DNA of 64,000 nucleotides, taken from NCBI GenBank assembly GCA_029953675.1, contig JAMWBK010000004.1, positions 1,426,001 to 1,490,000 of the forward strand, read 5' to 3'. Under the pieces are notes generated by a model that saw only the letters and a program-made list of their open reading frames with translations, was not told the DNA's origin and ran no database searches. This DNA comes from Rhodosorus marinus CCMP1338. Taxonomy: Eukaryota; Plantae; Rhodophyta. Each line of letters starts with the position of its first letter. Position 1 is the stretch's first letter. The position numbers and the translations under genes were made by a program. Of this stretch, positions 1 through 10,203 are shown in pieces.

Positions 1-2378
1 ACATCCAATAGGATGGGCCGTGTACGAGTGACCGTGCAGAAGGGCCTCCTCTTTCTTCTTCCCCTGTTAGTGGCAGTGATACGAACCCCATTGAGGACAA
101 GTAAAACCTTACAGTCCCTTAATAAGGCTGTAGAATAGTTTAACGTTACCTCGAAAACCTTGAAAATCTCGTCGCTCGCAAGCGTAACGCTGAGAGGTAG
201 CAGGCCGCCCGTAAGAAGCTTTGCAAACGCGGCGACATCTGGCTTGATACCCAACATTTGGCTTGCACTCGGTGCACCAAGACGCCAGAGACCGGTGAAA
301 ACCTTTCCATTCGCGAACGATAAAACAAAAGACGACGAGCTCTCTTCTCTCAGAACAAGGTCTGCACAGTGAAGTTTGCTGCTGGCCAAGAAGTATATAA
401 TTCGGAAATGAAGACAGCGGATGAGCCTCTGCACCTTGATATATGAGTCAACATACCTCATCCACCATCACCGGAATTCCAGTGCGCTGACACTCGTCAG
501 CGAGAATTCTCTGATACAAAGGGTCAATGAAACGCATGCCTCCAGCACCTTGAAGTACCGGCTCCATAAGAAGACCTCCAATCACCTCTGGTTCCTCAGA
601 AGCCAACACCGCTTTAATCTGTTGTCTGTAGTCCTCAGCAAGAGATGATGTGAGCCTCTTCTCCATTGCGAACAGATCTTTCCGTTCTCCGTGCTTCTCA
701 AGCACCTATTCAGTAAACGTTCATAGCACAGCACATATTGTCAGAATTTACCACCAAGAAATAAAAATTCATTTTCTTTTTCGCTCTGGGTAACCTTGTC
801 GCCTTCAATAATCCATTGGCTGTGTCTCATGGACACGGTCGGAGGATCCAAAAAGATCCCATTGGGTTTGTACCAAGGCATCTGGGTAGCGTTGAAAACA
901 CTACTAGGCGAGCAATCCATAACGCCTAATGTATCGCCATGATAAGACTCCTAAATCCATAAATTCAAGGATTCAGTTCGATCGGACAGGGTTCATCGCA
1001 CAGATCAACCTTACCTCAAGTGCGATAACCTTCATGTTTTTCCACGGATACTCATCACGGCGACCGTAAAGGTCATTCGCTCGTTTCCTAAGGATCATCT
1101 TTAGACCGACTTCAACGGCGGTGGAGCCATTGTCCGTGAAGAAGACTCTATCAGCCCAAGTGCTGCCAACGTTGTCGAGCAGGAGGTTGGTGAGGTCCAC
1201 GGCGGGCTGATGCGCAACCTCAGGGAAGATGACATGTCCATATCGGGATGCACCTTTGGCAGCTTCCAGTGCTAGCTTTGGATTGCCGTGGCCGAGTCCA
1301 TTCGTCCACCAACTGCTACATGCGTCGAACTGCGTTGAGAGGTTGACCTTGTCTGTTGACGAATAGTAAAGACCGGGTTGAAGTGGTCGTCAGATCCCAC
1401 ACCCATCCGCTTTCGGAAAGATAATCTCAGGTGCACCTTTCGGGTCTGTCGTTGCGACCGTGAAGTCATCTCCGAAAGCGGAATCAATAGTAGTCACCTT
1501 GTTCGTCGTCGCGTGCTGTGTAAAGGGCCACCAAATGTGATCCTTTGCTTCTTCTGAGAGCGTTCTGAGTCTTGATTCTGTCGAGTTCATATAGGAAGCA
1601 ATTGTCTTGCATGTCGACGAGAAAGCTTCCCGCAGGCCGTCTTCCTCAAAGTACCTAAACGAGCAGAAACGTCAGCTCCAGCATGTTCAGAGCTTAACAG
1701 AAGGGAAGGCTCTTATTCATCTCGTGGAAAGCGGGTCGTGTACTTTGTCAAAGGTTCTGTCTTTGGCGGAGGCGAAGGTGCTACAAGCACATTGGCATCT
1801 ACTGCCTTGTCAATCGCTTTGTGGTTTTCATGTTCAGTTCCGAATACGAAAACAACGGGAACGTCATATCCACGAATAAGAAGCGACTCATAGGCAGACA
1901 AGGTTTCAGATATTCCGCCAAGCTGACCACTACCGACTAGGACTGCCGTCATTCGTAGCGGTCTGTACACGTCAGCTTGGAGTGAACCGGATGGAGCGGG
2001 TGAAAGCACACCACCAGCCGTCTCCACGAGGCTAATCGATGAGTCACTAGTTCTTCCGATCTCTTCGCTAACCAGCTGGATGAGCTTGGAATCTTCAATG
2101 GCCTTGGACGCTTCAACAGCCCGGTGAGGAGATACAGGATCCCTGTATCCAAGCAGGACTTTCACGTCCACATCCCGCTGGGGCTTGGCGTGCCTCTTCA
2201 CAAACAGAGAGTCGTCATCATCAGGATAGCCCGTCTGAACCGGCTTGATGTACCTCAGGTTCCTCAGATAATTTCCGGAATTCGCGGCGAGGCCAGCTGA
2301 AAGTAACGTCTTCCCAACGTCGGTACTGGAACCCCAAACTTGGAACGCTCCAAGCCCAGGTAATCTCACTCCAGGCAT
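1..2378 (-). CDS. BIO3-BIO1: Bifunctional dethiobiotin synthetase / 7,8-diaminopelargonic acid aminotransferase; multi-exon, 3' end runs off the window
   Basis: DTBS P-loop TDVGKT and YIKPVQTG, VETAGG; DAPA-AT motifs IWWPFTQH, FDACSSWWTNGLGHG, DNGSTAVEV, SYHGDTLG, EPVLQGAGGM, DEVFTG, KLLTGG, HGHSYTAHPIGC. These join across GT-AG introns (e.g. 1655-1743). Confidence 0.94.
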
Positions 2379-2846
2379 CTACCTCGCGAGACTGCAAACC
2401 TCCTTCGTCACCAGATAATCTCTTCCAAAGCGGATCTTTCGAAGGAAAAAACCTCTCTCCTCCGTCTTCAGTTGCCGATCTTGCTGTGTCCAAGTCATAT
2501 CAGACCTGGATCCATCCACCAATCTAGCTCACACGACGCCAACGTAGATATACTCACAAAGCATTGTTAAGGATGGCCCCAGAGAGAATCTTCATTTGGG
2601 GGCATGCCCCAATGACCTCAATGAAGATGTCCACCTGGAAATCCACTGATAAAATATGTATAAAATGAATCACGCCTTATATTGGGGCACATTAGGCGCA
2701 TTGCACTGCCGCCCCTTGATGACCTTTATTTAGCATATTCAATGGAATTGGAGAACACCCTTCTGAATTTATTTAGTATATATTCATGAAGAAGTTGTCC
2801 CATTGAAAAAATTGTCCCATTTCTATATGCCTGAATACAGCAAAAA

Positions 2847-2867
2847 ATATATATATATATATATATA
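2847..2867. repeat. (AT)10 microsatellite
   Basis: Directly visible dinucleotide run. Confidence 0.9.
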
Positions 2868-3234
2868 GACGATTTATTCGTATGATGAAAATAAATTGCG
2901 CATCCCACTACGACGATAGTAGCAATCACGATGGATTAGGTAATGGGAACCTCCTTTACTTGGGTAGCTGTCTACTGCAGCGCAAACGCGGGTTCTAGAA
3001 CTATCCGAGGGAAAAGATCAGGTTGCCCCACTACCGGGGTGTCTCATGCTACGTTCAAAAGGAAAAGCAGGACCAGTGAGATTCTCCTGTTGGTCCACAC
3101 GCAGAGCTCCTATCGATGGCTCTGATAAACTGATGATGATGATGAACCCCGCTGACTCTATGCTAGAGGTAGTCCAAATCAGACGCAGGGATGAACCCGC
3201 TATCTTGACCCAAACCCAAATATGAGCTGAAATA

Positions 3235-3553
3235 TGTTATTGAACACATCAGGCGTGGGGGAATCAACATCCACACGATCTGGTTGGAAGCGCCAATATG
3301 CTTGGCAATGGGGCAAACTGGGGCATGCGCGCGGCGAACACCCGGGGCCCGATTGCGTATCTCTGACCTCTCGCGCTGTCAGAATGTTCTGACCAAGGTC
3401 GTGGGGATCGCGTTGTCTCCTCTTGTTTTATACTTCTGCAGGAGAAGCACTGCCTGGCGAACAAATACCCCCGGGGGGGTGGTGGGTAGTGCAGAGTCAC
3501 TTCCAACTCCGTTATTCGAGCCTATCTACAACATCCGTTCGTTCAGAGCCTAG
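3235..3553 (+). mobile_element. Putative 5' LTR (TGTTA...CAACA) plus degenerate PBS of a copia element
   Basis: TG...CA termini with an imperfect inverted repeat, followed at 3538-3553 by ttcgttcagagcctag (resembles the tRNA-iMet PBS TGGTATCAGAGC) and then the gag ORF. No second copy in the window to confirm it. Confidence 0.35.
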
Positions 3554-3898
3554 CTACCCTGAGGAGCGAGAAACAAGACGCTGGTGTCGCACGTCCAACA
3601 ATAAAGCAGAGTTTGAATGCCAGAGTATCAAACGAAGCTCCGTTGAGGAGGCTAGCAAGAAGCGTTCGGTCGCTGCGAAAGAGAGCACGAAGCCAGCGAG
3701 AACCTACTCTATCAACTAAGCAAAAGGATTCAATGATGAAGGGAACAACCAGTATACAATGCCCACTCTCGAAGCGTAGAGTGTAACAGCGCCTCAACGT
3801 CTTGGGATTCTTTCAATTGTCGCATTGACCTAGCTGCAGCTCCACCGCGCTGAGCGGACGCAATCTACAACACCGAGAAGTGTGGAAACAAGACGCTG

Positions 3899-4837
3899 AT
3901 GATTCGACAATGCTGCCCTAGTTTTGGAGGCTCTCTCTCTACGCTCTTGTTCACCGGGGATCAGGATTCGTTCCGATCCTTCCGGAATTGGAGACACCAG
4001 GTAGAGTGCTACCTGACCGTCAAACGTCTTAGGGACGTAATCGACAGCCCGATAGACGCGACGGAAGCGGAGAGACAGTATATCTCTGCGGTGTTCTCCA
4101 GAGTGCTGGATGGGCCGGCGCTGGACACTGCCTTTGCCTCCTCGAGAGAGGCAGCGCCAGAGCGGGTATGGGCGGCGCTTCGGGCTAGTTATGAGCCCTC
4201 CTCCCGCGAGACGGCGGACAGCGTGTGGGGCAAGGTGTATCGGCGCGAGATGCACACCAACGAGTCGCCACACTCTCTAGTGAACTGGCTACAAACCCAG
4301 TTTGCAGAGATCAGGGAGATAACGGGCGTGGCGTCCACGGATGAAGAAAAACGTCGGGTCCTCCGGAAGATTTTGGAGGAGAGGGGCGCCGAGTATGCAG
4401 AGTTCCTGTTCTACGCCGCGAAGGACAAAACTCTAGGCTGGACAGGTTTCTGTAACGACTTCGAGGAGCTGGACCGACTTCGAGGGTCCAAGCAAATCAA
4501 GTCCAAAACGGATTCCAGCACGCACCACGTCACAACGGTGCAGAATAAGAAGAAGAAGAAGATCCCCAGGGGTTTTCTGTGTTAAGGGTGCAAGAAACCC
4601 GGACACATCCGAGTCAACTGTCCTGAGCAGCAGGACAAGGAGGAAAACAGGCCGGAAACGCGAAGATTCCACGCAGGAATGACCGCGGTCAGAGCTCCAG
4701 CGAGACTCGTGCTGGACTCTGGAGCAACGGACCATATATGCTCCTCGGAGAGTGCATTCTCGGGCCCCACAAGGATGGTTGACACTGACACATTCGGGGA
4801 CGGGACAACGAAGACCCTCGGCAAGATGGGTACGGTC
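3899..4837 (+). pseudogene. Ty1/copia gag-protease remnant
   Basis: Copia gag-like ORF, then a CX2CX4HX4C knuckle broken by TAA (C*GCKKPGHIRVNC), then protease VLDSGATDHIC in the same frame. The sequence is truncated at 4837. Confidence 0.9.
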
Positions 4838-5213
4838 TCCTTTATACTGACTTGGAGATTAGCGGCGATAGCATTAATCACTTCCCTCCTATCCTTTTCT
4901 ACGAATAATGTCTTTCCATCTAAAGATCTAATGGAGAAACCGTTTTCCATTAATCTACTTAGACTGACTACATTCAATGAGCCGCCTGGAAGGTAGATAG
5001 TGTCCTTCAGCGACAACATATCTCCTTTTCGCGTCCTCAGCTCGACCGTACCCATCTTGCCGAGGGTCTTCGTTGTCCCGTCCCCGAATGTGACGTCATT
5101 GTCAACCATCCTTGTGGGGCCCGAGAATGCACTCCACGAGGTGCATATATCGTCCGTTGCTCCAGAGTCAAGGTTTCGCTGGAGCTCTGACCGCCGTCAT
5201 TCCTGCGTGGAAT
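4838..5213 (-). mobile_element. Inverted copia protease-region fragment
   Basis: 5044-5213 is the reverse complement of 4666-4837 (about 90% identical). On the minus strand it continues as copia-type TVELRTRKGDMLSLKDTIYLPGGSLNVVSLSRLMENGF. Confidence 0.85.
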
Positions 5214-5479
5214 ATCATCTTCACAGTATAGTAGAGTACTTAAGTGGAACATATAGGCCCATTAGTCAGTGGAACAATGAAGAAGGCACCGAAGTTTGGA
5301 GGATGAAACTGAGGTCAAAGTCAGGAATCCTTGAAAATTCCAACAAATAGAACAGCGTTCGAACGCCCCAGAGACAGGTCCAATGAGGAGGCCATCAACA
5401 TAAGTTAGGTCGGTATTCCCTGGAGAGCACTTTCCATGCCGTGATATCTTCCGGACGATCTAGCGAAAGAGTTTCCTTC

Positions 5480-5564
5480 TGTTGGAACTCCGTATATGAT
5501 CTGGGCACCTCATACTAGTCTAGGGCTATCGACTTAGATTAGAGCCAGATACTCCTATATCTAG
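5480..5564 (-). mobile_element. Truncated LTR fragment (same family as 6740-6976)
   Basis: About 85 bp closely matching 6740-6823 (tgttggaactccgtat...tcctatatctag). Confidence 0.75.
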
Positions 5565-5584
5565 TGCGTTCAATCACGGATCGA

Positions 5585-5853
5585 GATGTTACGGTCCTAA
5601 TGAGAAAGAACGGTTGTAAATTCCTCGATGAGAGGGGACGAAAAATAGCAGGTGCAGTTAGATGAAATGAACCTGGGAGGCAGCACGAAGACGCACCCAT
5701 ACAAGCGCGAGCAATGACGTCGAGATATCAATACGAGGGTCATATTACATCCAAGGAAGGCGCGAAATGTGAAATATGTATGAGAACGAAAATGACGCGA
5801 GTACCTCGAAAAGGAAGATTAGCGCATCCATATTTCGCGTTTCGCGCCGCTCA
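5585..5853 (+). pseudogene. Degenerate copia GAG-pre-integrase (zinc-binding) segment
   Basis: One frame reads NGCKFLDERGRKIAGAVR*...YEGH...KCEICMRTKMTRVP, resembling the H..H...CxxC region upstream of copia integrase. Contains stops. Confidence 0.5.
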
Positions 5854-6160
5854 ATAATCCCGACGGAGAATCAGGACGGACCTCAGACTACAGGAATTGC
5901 CGGTTGACATGTCCGCGCGCACAAAGGCAGAAGGTGTGTAGCACTTCGCAAATACAATACGATACGATGCTGATTTGCTGAACTTACGATTTTCGCAGTC
6001 CATGACAACGAAGCAGCTTTTCGACGCGATGAACAAATTGTATGATAGACTAGAAATAATGCACAGCTATGAGCATACCGCGGGCATAAAGTTGGTGCAT
6101 ACGTCTCGAGCTTTGTCAGGTCATACAGAATACAATGCCTCGATAAGTACTCTTAGTTTG

Positions 6161-6534
6161 TTAGAAATAGTTGACCTCCGTCGTATTTCTCCAAACTTCG
6201 GCGCCATCTTTTACTGTTCCCTGCCCCAGAGGCCCATCACTTGGGCCTTATTCATAGAGGCTCAACTATGCCAAAGGCGCAATGTCATCAGCGTCCAACA
6301 CCCCCGTCGCCCTTGTGCGCTTAGACCAAGGAGTCGTACCAGTCCTTTTGGCACTCCCCCGCGTCCCTACAACCATCTCACCTTCCCGTCAGTTCTCTCA
6401 CACTATGGACTCTCCTTTCTCTAAATCGCACCGAGCGATGAGACCATGTTAGAAGTAGTTGACCTCCGTCGTATCTCTCCAAACTTCGGTGCCATCTTTT
6501 ACTGTTCGTTGCCCCAGAGGCCCACCACTTGGGC
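6161..6534 (+). repeat. 86-bp direct repeat pair (6161-6246 and 6449-6534)
   Basis: ttagaa(a/g)tagttgacctccgtcgtat...ccccagaggccca(t/c)cacttgggc occurs twice. A partial inverted third copy lies at 5281-5318. Confidence 0.88.
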
Positions 6535-6739
6535 TTACTAATCAACGTCTGCCCACGCATGGCGGCCCACTGTCAGGCCTTCAATGACTCTTCTACAAGT
6601 CTACAGTATACTATCTATCCACGGGATATACTATCCTAGCTCCTCTATCCCGCCCGTTTTTCCAACTATGGCAAAGGCGCCATATCATCACCGTCCCACA
6701 TAGACTGCATCCAAAAGCCTTTTTTTTGGTGAAAGAGAG

Positions 6740-6976
6740 TGTTGGAACTCCGTATGTGATCTAGGCACATCATACTAGTCTAGATCTATTGACTTAGATT
6801 AGAACCAATACTCCTATATCTAGCACCAATGGTGGGTTTATAATATGATAGCCGCTCCGCGATCAGAGGGGTTGCTCGAGTAAAAGAGAACGGTGTATGC
6901 GCCTCCACGGGTCTCTACAGGTGGAAGTTCTGACAGAGCTATGTCTAGAGCTCTGTCAGAACTTCCATTTCCAACA
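6740..6976 (-). mobile_element. 237-bp LTR (TGTTGGAA...TTCCAACA)
   Basis: 8-bp terminal inverted repeat with TG..CA ends, TATA-like tattataaa on the minus strand, homology to 5480-5564 and to 17035-17102. Confidence 0.78.
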
Positions 6977-7806
6977 CATTCTGTGCGATCGATGGTTACA
7001 AAAGACAATCCAGCTGCCTTCCAGAATGTGAGATCGTTTGCAACCTTGGGATGGTGAGGGTGGCCAACACACCTTCCGACAGCTGGTTTTTGGGAGGCTA
7101 ATCACAAGAAAATTCTTCAAGCCAAGAGACATGACATGACGCACGTCCTCTTGACAAGTGGAGTACCATCTTTTGGCCTCACTTCCCGTGGATTCGAGTT
7201 TGTACAGACAGGCTGTTGCTGGGTAGCAACATATCAAGAGGATGTGATTGTGCGGACCGATCGCGGAGCGGTAACTCTGATCCCTACGAGATACCCTTGA
7301 GCATTGAGATAGCTGAGATCTGCATCTGCAGTCTGAATTTCCCCAGAAAATGTCAGATCACATTCTCTGTTTGTTGTTAGAGTATATTTTGCAAAAACAA
7401 CTGGCCTGATCCATGTGCGATGGTGCTAGAAGGGCTGGCCCAACACCTTCCCGAAGAACATATTGTTATATGGGGCGCAGGGGCAGGGGAAAGCTCATCA
7501 CATGGAAATTGGAAAAGGATTTGTCTGCTGAAACGACCAGGAGGTCCTCTCTTCGTCAATCGAGTCAGATCAGGTTCCTGTCGGGTGGAGAGATAGTCTG
7601 TGGGTGTTTTGGGTAGTCCGTTGTTGGAATGCGAGCCCTTAAGAATCTAGACGGACAACCGTTCTCTTGAGTTGTGGTGGTGGTCCGTTTTAGGCTTCGA
7701 TTCGGATTTCCGAGCAGCATTTTCATTCTGTTCAGCAGCCTAAGCGTAAATGTGAAGAATTCTGTACGTTCTTTCGAAGTTTTGGGTCATCTTGTAGCGA
7801 CATAAT

Positions 7807-8511
7807 ATGTATCAGGAAAAGGCTGGGTTCTTGGGGCGCTTCTTCAGGCGAGGGCGTTGCTGGGCGGTGGATCCTGGGTTCAGGAGATTTTGTTCCGGGA
7901 TTGATTTGGACAGTGTGCCAGGATCTGGACGAGCTATTTTCAAGGAGAGGAGGTCAAAGGCAGAGCCTGTTCAAACAGAAAGACCGAGATCTGGAGATGG
8001 CGAGGTCGATCGTGGCCCTATCAGGATGAGCTTGGTAGATAGCCTGAAGAGTATCGAGCTCGTGGACGATGCTGAACCCCTCGCACCGACTGTGAAACAG
8101 CCGTCCATTGGTTCGCTTCTGAACCGTTTGCAACAGAACGCGATGAGGAAGGCGACAACGAAGCAAAAGAAAACCAGAGTCGAACGTTGGAAAACCACTT
8201 CGCCTTTTTCCAGCGAGTGGCTGAACAGGAACAAGCCAAGCGTCTCGTACTTAAAAATGGTCAACGACCTGCACAGCTCACTTATGGCGAAGGGTCTACT
8301 CCCGGAGCTAGAGCGCAAAGAGATTGCGGGAAATTTCAACACGTGGAGGGTCGAACTCCGTACTGGTGAAATCACGGCGAACTCCCTGTATCTGACAAGC
8401 CGTGCTCGAGCAAGGGAGGATGCTGCAAGAATACTGCATCCAAAGCTTCAAAGGATCGCCAGAAAGGAGCGCATTATCCGAAAGCCCGAACAACCCTCTC
8501 AAACCTTATGA
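7807..8511 (+). CDS. Hypothetical 234-aa protein with an Arg-rich mitochondrial-type presequence and a dsRBD-like C-terminus
   Basis: Single ORF. The N-terminus GFLGRFFRRGRCW...RRFCS is basic and acid-poor; the C-terminal alpha-beta-beta-beta-alpha pattern ends SRARAREDAARILH. Confidence 0.7.
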   Translation: MYQEKAGFLGRFFRRGRCWAVDPGFRRFCSGIDLDSVPGSGRAIFKERRSKAEPVQTERPRSGDGEVDRGPIRMSLVDSLKSIELVDDAEPLAPTVKQPSIGSLLNRLQQNAMRKATTKQKKTRVERWKTTSPFSSEWLNRNKPSVSYLKMVNDLHSSLMAKGLLPELERKEIAGNFNTWRVELRTGEITANSLYLTSRARAREDAARILHPKLQRIARKERIIRKPEQPSQTL

Positions 8512-8841
8512 ATAGAAAACAACACTATACTGTAATTATAATTAATAATCGTTATACATTCGCAGATTCCCGCGACTGGAATGTTCCAAGCACGCCAGAC
8601 TCTTAAAACTCGGCAGCTCAAAAGCCGCGAGGTGACTGAGTTCTAGCTGCTGTCAAACGCACTACTTGCATCAACAATTAGTCTCCATACTTTCCATTAC
8701 CCTCCGGATGATATTTGAATCCTCAGTCCTCCATGTTCGCGTTCTGTCCATCGCGCTGTATACAAACTCACAATGCCACCCTCTGATGCCGGGAGCCACC
8801 CTTCTCCAAGATCCGCCACGATCCGCCGCACGCCACAGAAC

Positions 8842-10203
8842 TCATCTTGGTTCTGGTTGCTGATCGCGGTCGACCGGCCCTGGCGGCGCCGGAGAACGGC
8901 TAAGAGCTGAGACAGAAGGAAGCGCACCGGAACTTCCTCCCGGAGACGGAGCATTCGGAATCAAGCCCCCCACCAATGAGGGCAGCTTCTCGTTCGGGAA
9001 AGTCCGGCTCCTCTCTCGTGGCGAAATGTCAGAAACTGTTCTTCCCGAGACATCTCCGAGAGGCTGCCCTGGGAGAGTTTGCCCAAGGGCGATAGGTGGA
9101 ACTGGCCCAACAGCGGACGCAGCAGACTCGCCGAGGCTCGCTTCCGGTTTGGCGCTGATCGCTTCACACGGCGGTTTCAACTTGCCTGGATCAACCTCAG
9201 GATTCCCTGCGGTAGTCGCCGCTCGTTTTGTCCTTCCCATAACCACCGGGAGATTGGGTCGCCTGTATCTCGGAATTTTCGGTTCCGGAGTCTTTGTCGA
9301 GCTACTACCTTCCCCTAGCAACGGCCGATTTGGCCCCTGAACTGACTGAGCACGGCTGCGGCGCGTTCTCGTCGTGGACGGAACCGGAAGTGATGAGCCG
9401 GGTGCCGCTGGGGCCGCCACCGGAGGTCGAGCTTCCCGATCGGAATCAAAATCTCCTATCCGCTTTCGAGGGGCTCTGAATGCACCTCTTCGGAGGTCCA
9501 ATCGCAACAGCGGATTTGGCGATAGATCCACATGCGTCTTCTGAGGTGGTTCCAGCGAAGGAGAGCCGCGAACCGATTGCCCTGCAGCGGACGGTAGCCC
9601 GGGAAGAACATCTCCACGTACACGAGAAACGCTGAAGTCTTCTTTGGCAGCCCTTGGAGACCAACTAGTAAATCTCCCGGGCGGCTCGAAGGAAGTACTC
9701 GAGCGCGAAATGAGTTCTATTGGAGGGTCCCGAAGCGGATTCAACAGAGAACCAGCGTTCGGAGGCATGGCAGCAAGCGCGCGCGGCGTGCTTGGACTGG
9801 AACCAGCGAGACTAGAACGGGGAGAAAGAAACCTAGGGGTAGACAAGGTCAGCGCAGCCGGCGGCTTCAACTGCGGCTGCTCGTCGATGCGGTGATTAAA
9901 ACCCCTCCACGGAAACTGTGAAGGAACACCCAACCCTGCGTCGCTCACCCCGCCGTGACAGTACTTGCTCTGACTCCCTGAGCTCCAATGCCCGACTTCC
10001 ACGACGAGTGGAATATCGTCGTCCTTCAACCCCGGAGGACCTGGAGCCGAAATTCGATTGCTCGCGATTTCCATCCGCTTTCTCCTTTCCTCAATTCCCT
10101 GGGATTCTAGATCTTCGCCACTATCAGTTCCCGGGTTGCCAACACTCATACGCTTTACCAAGTTCGAATTCGTTTCCAAATGTTCTCTTGGGAAATCAGT
10201 CAT
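8842..10203 (-). CDS. Hypothetical 453-aa Ser/Pro/Arg-rich, probably disordered protein
   Basis: Long uninterrupted ORF in GC-rich sequence downstream of a G/T-skewed 5' region. No recognisable domain. Confidence 0.68.
   Translation of the reverse strand: MTDFPREHLETNSNLVKRMSVGNPGTDSGEDLESQGIEERRKRMEIASNRISAPGPPGLKDDDIPLVVEVGHWSSGSQSKYCHGGVSDAGLGVPSQFPWRGFNHRIDEQPQLKPPAALTLSTPRFLSPRSSLAGSSPSTPRALAAMPPNAGSLLNPLRDPPIELISRSSTSFEPPGRFTSWSPRAAKEDFSVSRVRGDVLPGLPSAAGQSVRGSPSLEPPQKTHVDLSPNPLLRLDLRRGAFRAPRKRIGDFDSDREARPPVAAPAAPGSSLPVPSTTRTRRSRAQSVQGPNRPLLGEGSSSTKTPEPKIPRYRRPNLPVVMGRTKRAATTAGNPEVDPGKLKPPCEAISAKPEASLGESAASAVGPVPPIALGQTLPGQPLGDVSGRTVSDISPRERSRTFPNEKLPSLVGGLIPNAPSPGGSSGALPSVSALSRSPAPPGPVDRDQQPEPR

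Noticed and set aside
6735-6981. Solo LTR with target-site duplication
   Set aside because: The flanks gagag and cattc do not match, so it cannot be called a clean solo LTR.
6956-7237. Minus ORF with LYKL...AKRWY resembling the copia RT LYGLKQAPRxWY motif
   Set aside because: Only one loose motif; no YVDD or other RT motifs nearby.
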